Shown here: positions 13,238-25,445 of the stretch, piece by piece | Numbering within the stretch: position 1 is the first letter of the stretch | Layout of the letters: each line of letters begins with the position of its first letter | Assembly: GCA_964016885.1 (NCBI GenBank) | Contig: OZ024741.1 | Location: 321,036,001-321,100,000, forward strand | DNA length: 64,000 bases | Source: Eledone cirrhosa | Lineage: Eukaryota | Reading direction: 5' to 3' | Program-made: the position numbers and the translations under genes | The notes under the pieces: generated by a model | Databases searched by the model: none | Told to the model about the DNA's origin: nothing | Seen by the model: the letters and a program-made list of their open reading frames with translations, nothing else

Positions 13238-13968
13238 GGGGGTGTATATGTAGGAAGGCTTGTTTGGGAATGCTTGCGTACGCGCTTGTGTGTGTGTAAT
13301 TATTATTTATTATTAAATAATCCATTCTGAGTTCGAATCCCACCGAGGTTAACTTTGCCTTTCATCCTTACGGGGTCGGTAAAATAAAGTACCAGTAATG
13401 CACTGGGTAATTGCTGGCCTTGTGCCAATAGTAGAAACAATTATTAAATGATCTAAAAAAATCTGTCAACTTTCTACCTTAACGTCATTAGATGTACATT
13501 GATATAATGAGTTATTGTGTGGTTATTCTACTTTCATATTTTCCTGTTTTTTATTTGAATTATTTTTTTATCTTTTCAATTGGGTCTTCTTTTTCTATAA
13601 AAACTACACCGCATCCATGATGGCACTTGATACCTTTTTAGGATTGACTCTTCTACTTCACCGCAATCGTTATCAAATCATACTGTCTAGTTAAAGATGT
13701 TTTTTACTAGAGGCTTTGATGGATTAGCTGTCAACAGTATGATAAACAATTAAGTTAAAAATGTACATCTACATATGCATACTGAAATACTAGTGTGTAT
13801 ATGAATACACACACGTATACATATGTAGGTGTACCAAGTCTTTCACTGGTCGCTTTACAGTGAGCGGCCCAGCTATTCTGTATGTAAACACACAGACAAA
13901 CCGGTTTTTAGAGTCATACTGGTTTCGGGGGAACACCTTCCCTCTATTCTCCAGAAAGCCAGACAAGG

Positions 13969-14013
13969 AATATTGAACTAGTTTCGTTGTTGTTACAACT
14001 CATCAGCAATATT
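13969..14013 (-). ncRNA. Type I hammerhead ribozyme
   Basis: Inverse copy of 14504-14548. Confidence 0.88.
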
Positions 14014-14410
14014 GACCTATCTACCGGCCTTTCTGGAGAATTGTAAAAGCACATATCGTTATATGCTTTTTCTATGAAAATTAGTAGTGGGCAGACTAAT
14101 TTGCATAGAGTGTGAGTACGCACCGGTTCAGCGGAGACGATAAAAACAAATAACGAAACGAAATTAAATTTCGCTTCGTTTGTAACTCACTTTTGTATGA
14201 CTGACGCTTAGACTTGGTACACCTACATATGTATACGTGTGTGTATTCATATACACACTAGTATTTCAGTATGCATATGTAGATGTACATTTTTAACTTA
14301 ATTGTTTAAGCGTCAGTCATACAAAAGTGAGTTACAAACGAAGCGAAATTTAATTTCGTTTCGTTATTTGTTTTTATCGTCTCCGCTGAACCGGTGCGTA
14401 CTCACACTCT

Positions 14411-14457
14411 ATGCAAATTAGTCTGCCCACTACTAATTTTCATAGAAAAAGCATATA
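14411..14457 (+). promoter_or_regulatory. Octamer ATGCAAAT plus conserved TAATxTxCATA..AAAGxATATA block (snRNA-type promoter candidate)
   Basis: Octamer at 14411-14418; downstream 24-mer shares 18/24 positions with the 427-bp family (minus strand, ~38161-38207). Confidence 0.5.
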
Positions 14458-14503
14458 ACGATATGTGCTTTTACAATTCTCCAGAAAGGCCGGTAGATAG
14501 GTA

Positions 14504-14548
14504 AATATTGCTGATGAGTTGTAACAACAACGAAACTAGTTCAATATT
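14504..14548 (+). ncRNA. Type I hammerhead ribozyme
   Basis: AATATTG-CTGATGA-GTTGT aaca ACAAC-GAAA-CTAG-TT-CAATATT; palindromic stem III ACTAGT; GUU triplet; stem I extended by ATTCTCCAGAAAG/CTTTCTGGAGAAT. Confidence 0.9.
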
Positions 14549-14906
14549 CCTTGTCTGGCTTTCTGGAGAATAGAGGGAAGGTGTTCCCCCGAAACCAGTA
14601 TGACTCTAAAAACCGGTTTGTCTGTGTGTTTACATACAGAATAGCTGGGCCGCTCACTGTAAAGCGACCAGTGAAAGACTTGGTACACCTACATATGTAT
14701 ACGTGTGTGTATTCATATACACACTAGTATTTCAGTATGCATATGTAGATGTACATTTTTAACTTAATTGTTTAAGCGTCAGTCATACAAAAGTGAGTTA
14801 CAAACGAAGCGAAATTTAATTTCGTTTCGTTATTTGTTTTTAGTATGATAAACGTTTTGATGAAAGAACCACCGAAAGTGAGTAAATAGCGGAAGTCCTA
14901 TATGTT

Positions 14907-14992
<86 letters not shown>

Positions 14993-15059
14993 GGGGGAGA
15001 TGGGGAGAGAAAGAGATCGGGGAGAGAGAGAAAGAGAGAGAGATGGAGTGAGATAGAGA

Positions 15060-15106
<47 letters not shown>

Positions 15107-16332
15107 ACCCTTTCTACAACAATACTGAAGTTGTAAAGCAATTTAAAATGGCTCAAGGCCAAGTTCGAAACTGGTTTGTTGATGATTTAGTTCACTTGAG
15201 TGAAGATTCCACTGTAATGTGATGGCTCTACTGAGTGAACTTATTTGATTCAAACCATGAGAGTTTTCTCAAACATAGAAATCTGACTAAATATTTAAGC
15301 TGTACTGTCACATATTGAAAGCTTGATAAAAATGCTTTGCGGTTTATCATTAGTGACATTGTAATAGCATTAGTTTGATCATTCGGTTAGATTCTAGAAT
15401 GTAGAGTATAGATTGATTAGCCTGAAAACCTAGGGAAATGACGTACCGCTGAAGCAGCTTGATCCAATGCAGCTAAGCAGACAGTATGGTGAACTGGAAT
15501 TTCGTGTTGAGCCTCAATAACCTGATAGTTATTCATGGTAACTAGGAAATTTGATTGTGGAAATGAGATCTGTGACTGAAACCCTCCGGATCAGGTCTCG
15601 GGTCGTTGATATTTGTCATCCATCAGTATCGTAACCATTGAAAGGGGTATAGAGGTTGCCCTTCTCTCCCTCATTAAAAATGTAAAGCCTTCCTCAAGCA
15701 ATGAGAAAATAGATTTATTTGTATATTGTCTAAATTATATATCAAACATCCATTTTAAAAAGAAAGAACAGAAAAAAAAATCTAATATACATTAATGATT
15801 AGGCAGTCTTGAATCACGAAAAGGCTATCTTTTGATCTGTGTTAAATCCCCTTAAGCAGCATTAAGTAAAATTAGACATCCTTCAAAATTAATTAGTTTT
15901 AATATTATTATTGATTATTTTCGTAATTATTACTACTGTATTTTGTTATTATTAGAATTGATGTTGTTTCTGTTCTTGTTGCTTTTCTCCTTTCTCTATG
16001 ATGGTTTCTATTCATTGCTTAGCAGTTTTTATTATTCTTGGCAATAAGGTAGTGGAGTTAATTGAGATCACTGTGATCGTTCTTTGTAATTGTTTTTATA
16101 ATTGTTTTTACTGATATTTTTGTTAGTTTCATTATTATTGTTGTTAGTGGTGTTCGTTATATTGGTGTCTATTCATTTTATTTTCTTGTTTTGCGTAATT
16201 ACATAATGCCTAGTTTGGGATAATCTCCTTCATTTTTATGTGTGTAAGTGTTTTATATATCTATCTATCTATCATACGGAATGACTAATTCTATCCAGTG
16301 GTGTACCTACAAACCTAAATATCTATTTATAC

Positions 16333-16387
<55 letters not shown>

Positions 16388-17289
16388 TGTGTGTGTGTGT
16401 GTGTGTGTGCGCGCGCGCGCGTGTGTGTGTGTGTATATATATGTGTATATGTATATATGTATGTGTGTGTGTGCAATGCAATATCTTATTGATACACGAA
16501 TGTCAATGTCACGAGTTATTAAAATATTCGCACAGTAAAACATCTAAATATACGCTAAACATTGTAATATTACAATAAATCTTCGTAGTAGCTTCTAGAC
16601 TTTGAGGTCTCTAAATTTCTTGTACTACATACTCATGAAATTCATATACGGTCTTATAATCTTACATATATAATCTAATTTAGCACAGTGATTGTGTTTT
16701 CACAAAAGAAACGAAGTGGAACAACCAAAAATATATGAGTATAATATATGAATAATCATTATATAGCTCGGTGAATAATCTTGTAGCGGAAGATCTCATT
16801 CTGCTTATTTCACACATGTCTGGATCCTCGGAATGTGGCAAATACAATTCAGTGTTAAAATAATAGAACAAACTCTGCGTTTCTAAGATGTTATTTTCAG
16901 TAAGGGAGACAATAATTATTTCTAATTTATGGATAGGGCTATCAATTTGGTGGAGGAGAAAGTCGTTTAAATTCACCCAAGTACGTGACTGGTACTTTAT
17001 TTTATCGACATCAGAAGTATGAAAGACCTCGGAGGAATTTGAACTCAGAACATTAAGACCCGTAACAAATAGCGATAAGTGTTTGTCCGATGCTCCAACG
17101 GCTCAACCTGACAATCGCCCTTGTAATTTGTAGAAAAATAAAAAATTCTATAAACCCCGGAAGGATGAAATGCAAAGTTGACATTGGCTGGATTTGAACT
17201 CCGACTGTAAGAAGCCAGAACAAACACGGCAACATCATTTTATCCGAGGCTCTATCATTTGTGTCAATTAATCACCTGTATACAAATCA

Positions 17290-17560
17290 ATAGACGCTCA
17301 GCCACAAACCCCGGTACAGCGGCCCGCAATTCAGAAGAAAAGAAGATAAACAAAAACGGGGATTGTCCGGCCGCTTCCTCTTCGCACTGGTCGCCGTCGA
17401 GACCTTAGGCGTACTTGGACCCATTACTGCCGAGTTCCGCCGCAAGATCGGAATGTCAGCGCCCTGTAAGGTGGAGTGGCTGTTGCAGCGAGTGTCGCTG
17501 CCCATTGTTCGCGGGAATGCTTTTGCAGGCTTGTCAGCCCTAATTACGCTCCCCTACCTC
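17290..17560 (+). pseudogene. CRE-like non-LTR retrotransposon C-terminal restriction-like endonuclease fragment
   Basis: AARNSEEKK..(frameshift)..RFLFALVAVETLGVLGP...WLLQRVSLPIVRGNA resembles the CRE-clade 'PVAVETLG...QRxSxAIQRGNA' C-terminus. Confidence 0.65.
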
Positions 17561-17860
17561 CTCCCCTTTCCTTTTCTGTTTTTATATTTTCTTATTTTAT
17601 ATTCCATTCTTTCTTCTCAATCTATTTTTTCTTTTTCTATTAAATTGTATTTAGTGCGTAAATTTTTAAATATAATTTTTAAAATGAATATATTTATTTC
17701 AATAATCAATGGTGGCTGATCCAGGCAATCGACTAACTCTGTTATAATTAGATAAGGACTCTACGCCATGGGTATCATAAAGTGTATAACATATATGTAT
17801 CAGACGGAGTATCAATATTAAGAAAAGGAAGAGAGATGCATTCGTGAGTTTTATATCAAA

Positions 17861-18290
17861 TAATTGTTTCTACTTTTGGCACAAGGCCAGCAATTACCCA
17901 GTGTATTACTGGTACTTTATTTTATCGACCCCGTAAGGATGAAAGGCAAAGTTAACCTCGGCGGGATTTGAACTCAGAATGGCAAGGGACGTAACTCTAT
18001 GCGTCAAAGCATGGCGTCCGACCCTCGACCGATACTGCCAATCCACCGCCGTTCTAATCCACTATCAAATAATGATTTCTAGTATAGGCACAGGGACAGT
18101 AATTTAGGGGAGAGGACAATGTCGATTAAATCGACCCAGTACGTTACTGGTGCTTTATTTTATCTACCCCATAAGGATGAAAGGCAAAGTTAACCTCGGC
18201 GAGATTTGAACTCAGACCGTAAAGGACCGTAACTCTATGCTGCAAAGCATGGTGTCCGATGCTCTACCGATACTGTCAATCCACTGCCCT
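17861..18290 (-). mobile_element. Two tandem copies of a tRNA-derived SINE family
   Basis: Reverse complement of the 25258-25445 consensus (A box, GAGTTCAAATCC B box, ...ctttcatccttacggggtcgataaaataaagtaccag...). Confidence 0.8.
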
Positions 18291-19116
18291 CAGTTTTATA
18301 TCAAATAATAATAATAATATTCGATTCGCTTGCAAGCAAGCAGCATCATTGCGCTATGTGTTTTAGATGACAATCGTCACCCTTTTGTTCGAGCGGTAGC
18401 AGAGAGAAACAATCGACAATCGTTTCAATCGTTATTGCCAAGTTTTATCGTGCTACGAGGCCCTAGCATGATTAAAAGACAGGTTGAACTCATATAATGG
18501 AAATAGCCTAATGCAGAGATACAAACCGACACGCCTTCCGCTCACTGGTTTTCTCTAAGACTTACTAAGAAGAGCAAGGTGTACTAACTTGCTGGCTAGA
18601 AAGGTAATTCACCAGACTATTGGTCACTGATTGTTTGATCAGTAAGTATATTTGGGGCAAATAAAATGTTATCTGTCAAGAAAAAAAAAAAGACAGCGAG
18701 AAAACGTGAGAGTTAAAGATGAACCAGATCGTGAAATACCACAATATAGCTGGTTCCAGTGACCGCAGAGCACAAACGTTATAAAGCTAGCAAGCAATTA
18801 TACGTGACTTGCGGCATTGTTGAATGTGTGAATTTGTCAAAATCTACACTAGCTTCAAACAATTCTTCGTGTCTTGGTACTTGTGAGAGTCAACCGCACG
18901 GCTGTACTCTTCAACACATTAAATGGTTCGTCATGCAGACGATGTTGATGTAAAGGAACGTAATCAATTAGAATACAGCTAGAAAATTTCCCTCGTGGAT
19001 AAGAAATTCCGAATAATGTTAAAGTATTGACTGCTAAACGACAAAAGTAAAAAACTCAAACGATATCGAATTAGGTTCATTTTTCTTTATGCACATATGC
19101 ATACTTGTATACCCAC

Positions 19117-19174
<58 letters not shown>

Positions 19175-19220
19175 ATCTGTGTGTGTATATGTGTGTGTGT
19201 GCAAATTTACCATATATATT

Positions 19221-19275
<55 letters not shown>

Positions 19276-19686
19276 AAAAGAGTACCATTGGAAGTTACCG
19301 ATTTAAACTAAAAAGATGTTTGAGAAAGTAGAATGTATTGTAATGAGTTACTCCCAAACGACTGAGCTCTTGCCGTTTCGACTTCGCGTGTATATATACT
19401 TGCATGTGTGTATGTGTTTCTATGTTTGTAAGCGTGCGTATATGAGAATGTGTGTGTGTGTGCGCGCGCGTGTCTGAGTATGTGTGTGTGTGCGTGTGTG
19501 TGAGTGTATGAGTTACCAACAAGATATTATTATCGTTACCAACAAGATTATATTCATACTCAAGTTTTTATGACTTGAAATATAACTAGAAATTTATGTT
19601 AATATATGATATATTGGTTTTCAGTTCTCAGCTGCAACAGCTGAGACTAAAATATTTGCTTTACACTCACACACACATACACACAA

Positions 19687-19764
<78 letters not shown>

Positions 19765-19807
19765 ATATAACATATATGTATATACATATATATATATATA
19801 CATATAA

Positions 19808-19869
<62 letters not shown>

Positions 19870-20521
19870 GTATATATATTTATATATATATACATGTATA
19901 TAAACCACACGTATATATATATAGAGAGAGAGAGAAAGAGAGAGAAGGAGAGAAAGAGATAAAGAGAGAGAACAAGATTATATGAAAATTGTCAGGTACT
20001 TCGTTATAATGTAACCTAACATTTAGTCAAATATATATCTGTGTTTGTGTGTGAATATATATGTGTGCGTATGTGTGTGTATGTGTATGTGTATATGTCT
20101 TTGTGTGTGCGCGTGTGTGTGTGTGTACATATTTGCGTACGTGTGTATGTGTGTGTACCTTTATGTTAGCTGGTTTTAGTACAATTCTCTTTCATTATCT
20201 TACCTCTTTAAACTGCTTACAGCAATCTTCTGGCATCACTAATATTTTCTCCAACACCATCAAGTTCCCCATCATCACTAACAAAACCAGCGTCACCACC
20301 AGCACCACAACATCACCACAACTACCAACATCACGACCACCCTCGCACCACCAACAACATCGCGACCACCATTAACACCACCAATACTACCAGCATTTAT
20401 CTTGCCAATATGAATAGTCGCTACCACTTTACCTATGATTGTTATAAACATATCTATATCTATATCTGTGTGTGTGCACATATATATATTTATTTATATC
20501 TATGTATATATACATATATAT

Positions 20522-20629
20522 ATATTGTTATACTTGGGGAGGGTCATATTGTTGTAATAATATTGCCAGAAATAATAACAGAACACACTCACTGTTTGGT
20601 TGCTTTTCGCTTCTGTATCAAAAACCTCG

Positions 20630-20632
<3 letters not shown>
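20522..20632 (-). repeat. Diverged terminal fragment related to the 7.0/10.1 kb PLE pLTR end
   Basis: atattgttatacttggggagggtcat matches atattgttatactttgggagggtcat at 7038. Confidence 0.6.
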
Positions 20633-20667
<35 letters not shown>

Positions 20668-21058
20668 GTGTGTGTGTATGTATGTCTATTTTTCTTTTGG
20701 TGGTGAATCTAAGCATATATGTAACACACACATGTGCGTGTGTGCGTGTGTGAGTTGCATGAGATTTTGTTGTTTCTGTAACTGACGAGATCTCCTGTGG
20801 ATTTCTTATCTAAATTAAATTATCGTTATGAGTCATTCATTATAAAATCGCAACCACAACCTCGCTTCTTTAGTTGTCTTAAATTTTAGATAACCCTGAG
20901 GCGAACTCTTTCACACTTTCCTTACATAAACTCTCTTTTACTGGGTCGTCATTTCTCTCCACTGTACACATAACAGTATATATATATGTTTGTGTGTGTG
21001 TGTATGTGTGTATGTATATGTACATGCATACATATATATGAATATATATATATATATA

Positions 21059-21262
21059 TAGGAACCAGTAAGACCCCGACAGCTGAGCTCAAGCCGTTTC
21101 GACGGCTAATTCTGGACTAATTTAGTCCAGAATTAGCCGTCGAAACGGCTTGAGGTCAGCTGTCGGGGTCTTACTGGTTCCTATTACCCACTCTACTACC
21201 TCAAGTATTGAGTACTTTGGTGCGTTATGGTCCACCTGGTTCCTTACCACATTTCCTTCGTT
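21059..21262 (+). repeat. Near-perfect hairpin plus tail fragment of the U3-A8 HHR family
   Basis: Arms 21059-21120 and 21122-21183 with a 1-nt spacer; tail to ccttcgtt; (TA)n flanks. Confidence 0.85.
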
Positions 21263-21314
21263 ATATATATATATATATATATGTGTGTGTGCGTGTGTGT
21301 GTGCGTATATATTT

Positions 21315-21389
<75 letters not shown>

Positions 21390-21400
21390 CATCTATATAC

Positions 21401-21491
<91 letters not shown>

Positions 21492-21609
21492 CATACATAT
21501 ATATATACATATATATATATATTAAAATACAAATATTAATAAAATAGATGTTCCTGTGATCAATTAAATTTTATTATACATATTTCAGAGGTATGTCATG
21601 TATCATTTT

Positions 21610-21662
21610 ATTTTATCTGATGAGGACGTACTGTTGTACCTCTGAAATATGTATAATAAAAT
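21610..21662 (+). ncRNA. Minimal type I hammerhead (related to 3682-3742) inside hairpin element 21520-21806
   Basis: ATTTTAT-CTGATGA-GGACGTAC tgtt GTACCTCT-GAAA-TATGTA-TA-ATAAAAT; shares tail motif tactgtagagtgcttc with the 3.6 kb element. Confidence 0.72.
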
Positions 21663-21802
21663 GTAATTGATCACAGGAACATCTATTTTATTAATATTTG
21701 TATTTTAATATTAATAACTCTGGAAAATATTTTTACTGTAGAGTGCTTCCAATCTCCTGTAAAACTCATTCTTTGATGTACACATTGAATCTTGTTTAAC
21801 TC

Positions 21803-21882
<80 letters not shown>

Positions 21883-22753
21883 ATATTATCTTTTCCTCTA
21901 TATTTCCTTCTTCCCCCCATCTCTTCCTAGTCCTTCCACCCCAGATCTCCTTCCTTGTCTCTTTTTTTCACCTTTTCGCCTACCCCGATGCAGCCCATCG
22001 GTCCTCTGTAGCCTCAGTACCCCCACCCCCCCTAATTTTAAGATAGAATTGTCCGATTACGCTTTTTATACCAGATGTGTTAGACCCCAGTAAATTGTTT
22101 TCTTTCTGGTTGCTGCTCCATTTCTGTGATTTCTAAATTTCTTAGTGGTATTTTTGTAGTAGTATTTCTGAATTAGTATTCTGAATTAATATTTCGTATT
22201 AGTATTTTTGTAGTAGTATTTTAGTATTTTTGTTCTCAACTTATTAACCTGTCATTGCAAGATAGCAATTGGCTGATTACTAACTATCTATAGCAGTGGA
22301 GTTACACCCCTGTAAAGCCGGCTTTATAAAATTCTTTCACTACAATCTCGTATTTAGTATTTTTCTCCACCTATTAAACTTTTCTATACTTAGCAATACT
22401 AATGAGAGATTTGGTGATTGTGGAAATGGAGTAGTAACCAGAAATTGTTTTTTATATATTTATTTCCTTATTTTTATAATGGTTTTTTTGTTTACTCCCT
22501 TTCGATTTACCTATTCTTTCACCCCCCCCCCTTCTCCAGTACACTTTTTTCGACCTTCTGTACACTATCCTTAGAATCTGCTGTATAGATTTCACTTTCA
22601 ACGGTTGACTGGGTTTCCCCCACTCCCTCTTTGTTCTACCGGCAAGTTCAGCTACCCCTACCTTCCACCAAATGCCATGATAGAATCATCTGTCTTTACA
22701 ACAAATTTTTGACCAATCCTTTTGACAATTACTATCTTCCCATATAAGGAATT

Positions 22754-22849
22754 ATCCCCTGAGAAGTTCGGCTATTTATTTACCAGGCTAAAAATTCTTG
22801 TTTAGTCCAGAATTAGCCGTTGAAACGGCTTGAGTTCTGCCGTCGGGGT
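22754..22849 (+). ncRNA. Diverged U3-A8-family hammerhead (core CTGAGAA, C3-A8 mismatch)
   Basis: ATCCC-CTGAGAA-GTTCGGCT...AGCCGTT-GAAA-CGGC..GCCG-TC-GGGGT; ends at ttcct followed by (AT)n. Confidence 0.55.
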
Positions 22850-22983
22850 CATACTTGTTCCTATATATATATATATACATTCATTTAGGTTTGTTGGTTC
22901 ACCACTGGATAGAACTGTGTGGCCGCCTTCTTGTCTCTCTACCTTTTCAGCCCCATGGATCATATTCCTTTGTTAAATTTCGA

Positions 22984-23041
22984 ATACCAGATGATGTCAC
23001 CGGATTCATACTGAACCCGGTCCTTGAAATGTTCATAGTAT
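22984..23041 (+). ncRNA. Degenerate type I hammerhead (CAGATGA)
   Basis: ATAC-CAGATGA-..ACCGGATTCA tac TGAACCCGGT..-GAAA-TGTTCA-TA-GTAT, followed by AATAAA; U4 mutated. Confidence 0.45.
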
Positions 23042-23084
23042 AATAAACGTTTAAGGAATTACACCAGTCCAGCCTCCTGTTATT

Positions 23085-23153
<69 letters not shown>

Positions 23154-23181
23154 AAACCACAGACCCTCCATCTCAACTCTA

Positions 23182-23218
23182 TTTTTGAAAAGCAGAAGAA
23201 CTGCGAAACCGATAAAGG
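23182..23218 (+). ncRNA. Candidate minimal hammerhead with U3-A8 core (UUGAAAA)
   Basis: TTT-TTGAAAA-GCAG aagaa CTGC-GAAA-CCGA-TA-AAG; stem I is weak. Confidence 0.4.
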
Positions 23219-23374
23219 AACCAAATAAATATATATATATTTTTTTAAATAAGACTCCAGTTGCATTTTCGATTTCATTTTTTTTTCTTTATACTTTCAT
23301 TCGTGTAGGACACCTCGGTTATTTTTCATTTTGTAAAAAAAACTCACTTTCTAATATATATATATATATATATA

Positions 23375-23708
23375 GGTTATTAGGTGGGTAACTTGTAGTT
23401 ACTCCGTCTCTCGTTAGGTTGTGCTCCAGGTTTAAGGCAGCTGTAGTTTGCAGAGTGTATATAAAGTGACAATAAGAATTGCAGCTTTTTGTAAACTTTA
23501 TTACGTATTACAATTTGTTTCCATATCGATCAGCTCGGGTTTGATCATGTGATCGGATCCCAACTCTTAATCGATACTATCTGAAGAAGTGTCGATTAAG
23601 AGTTGGGATCCGATCACATGATCAAACTCGAGCTGATCGATATGGAAACAAATTGTAATATGTAATAAAGTTTACAAAAAGCTGCAATTCTTATTGTCAC
23701 TTTATATA
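23375..23708. mobile_element. Hairpin-plus-tail PLE-type element
   Basis: Arms 23458-23574 and 23593-23708 almost perfectly complementary; ~83 bp tail 23375-23457; (TA)n flanks. Confidence 0.85.
23575..23664 (+). ncRNA. Type I hammerhead with long stem II
   Basis: TACTAT-CTGAAGA-A-GTGTCGAT...ATCGATAT-G-GAAA-CAAATTG-TA-ATATGTA; shares ctcgagctg and attgtaatatgt with 3023-3115. Confidence 0.62.
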
Positions 23709-25257
23709 TATATATATATATATTATATTAAGAAAAATATACAAAGAAAAATATACAAAGTCCGTCCGTAGGCCGAGTTGTGATGTACAATTACATCAAA
23801 TTACTGCAACAATTACATAATTGTTTCTACTTTTGGCACAAGGCCAGCAATTACCCAGTACATTACTGGTACTTTATTTTATCGACCCCGTAATACGAGT
23901 ACGTGTGTTTCGTTAGCGTATTGAAATACGCTAATTCATCGGTTATCTGGAATATTGTATTTTGTTTAACAGTTATTGGGGAAATAGAAAGTAATTAGGT
24001 GGCCTAAAATTTAGGAGCTAGCGGGTTGCAAACATTCTGGAAAAGTAAGGGAGAGAACTCTGAGATAATTTAATAAGTGGCGTTAACTTTTATTCATTGA
24101 AATAGAGACACATTTAACATATAAAAGGTCAACAGTTCTTGAGGAGTGTCAAATAGACTCAGTCTGGTCTCGACCAATTCCCCAAAATGAAATCCGTTTC
24201 ACGTCGGATATTCACGTTTCTCTTATTGGAAGATGGGTTTCTGGGAATATTCCATTTTTCATATGTGTATAAATAACACATTAGTATAGTGTCTCGATGT
24301 TTCTAGGAATCTAGTCGCAGATATTTCCTTCTGCAAACAATCTAACCCTTTTCAGAATAAACTAAGTAGCGACTTTTAAAATGACATATCCTCTAATAAA
24401 CCATTCATCTAATCAGATAAAACAAACAATCTATATGAACTTGGCCAAACTACCTATAACCACCTACTAAAGAAGGCCATCAATTTCAAATACAAAATAA
24501 ATGACCTTACTACTTACAACATTATCAAAGTAGATGAAAAAGAATGTTTATCTAAAAGAGATGCTTACACCACACTTATTTCACAATTCATTCTTTACTA
24601 TCTTTCTTATTAATGTTTAAAAGTTATTGCACTAAAGTTCTCGTGTACCTTACATATTTCAATAACTTACGATGTAAGATATTTTATTATATATTTATTT
24701 CGATTTTCCTTCTAAATGCTACAAAGTTATTACAACAACCAATTAGTTTCTACCGTTCTTAAACATGTTTTTTATTGTTTTTAAAAAGCATGTGTCTATT
24801 CGGCTAAGCGACATGATCTACATTATTTCACTGTTTATTTCCAACTTATAAATGTTTAAAAGTTATTTCACTATATTTTATCCTATCCATCTTTCTTGAA
24901 AGGTGTAACACAATAAATGAAGGTGTTGGACTACATGTATGCTATTTATTGAGGAAATTATGGCTGCTATGAACTACTGTATAATAGCTCCGGTATTGTA
25001 TGTGATATATTAGCTTAAACGAGTGTGGACTGTAAAAAGTGGAATTTTTTTTTTATATCTGTTACATATGGTGCGCAAAACTTATTGTTAAGTATATATT
25101 AACAATACATTAACAATATATTAACAATATATTAACAATATATAACAATATACAGTAATGAATATTTTCAAAATATTGGACAGGTAGTACTGAAATTTAA
25201 ATGTTAAATTTTAAGGGAAAATAAATTGAAGTCCATTATATAATACAATACAATATT

Positions 25258-25445
25258 GGTGGATTGGCAGTATCGGTAGAGGGTCGGACGCCATGCTTTC
25301 CAGCATAGTTACATCCCTTTACGATCTGAGTTCAAATCCCGCCGAGGTTGACTTTGCCTTTCATCCTTACGGGGTCGATCAAATAAAGTACCAGTAATGC
25401 ACTCTGGGTAATTGCTGGCCTTGTGCCTAAAGTAGAAACAATTAT
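25258..25445 (+). mobile_element. tRNA-derived SINE (representative copy; others at ~12021-12130, 13326-13445, 16976-17245, 23818-23892, 53775-53925, 61130-61515, 63735-64000)
   Basis: A-box-like TGGCAGTATCGGTAGAG, B box GAGTTCAAATCCC, conserved body, AT-rich tail; about 10 copies in the window. Confidence 0.85.

Larger units (their letters stand above)
13743..14842. mobile_element. 466-bp retrozyme-like repeat: one exact inverted monomer plus 1.36 direct units
   Basis: agacttggtacacc at 14210 and 14676 (period 466); 13743-14210 is the reverse complement of exactly one circularly permuted unit; one HHR per unit. Confidence 0.9.
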
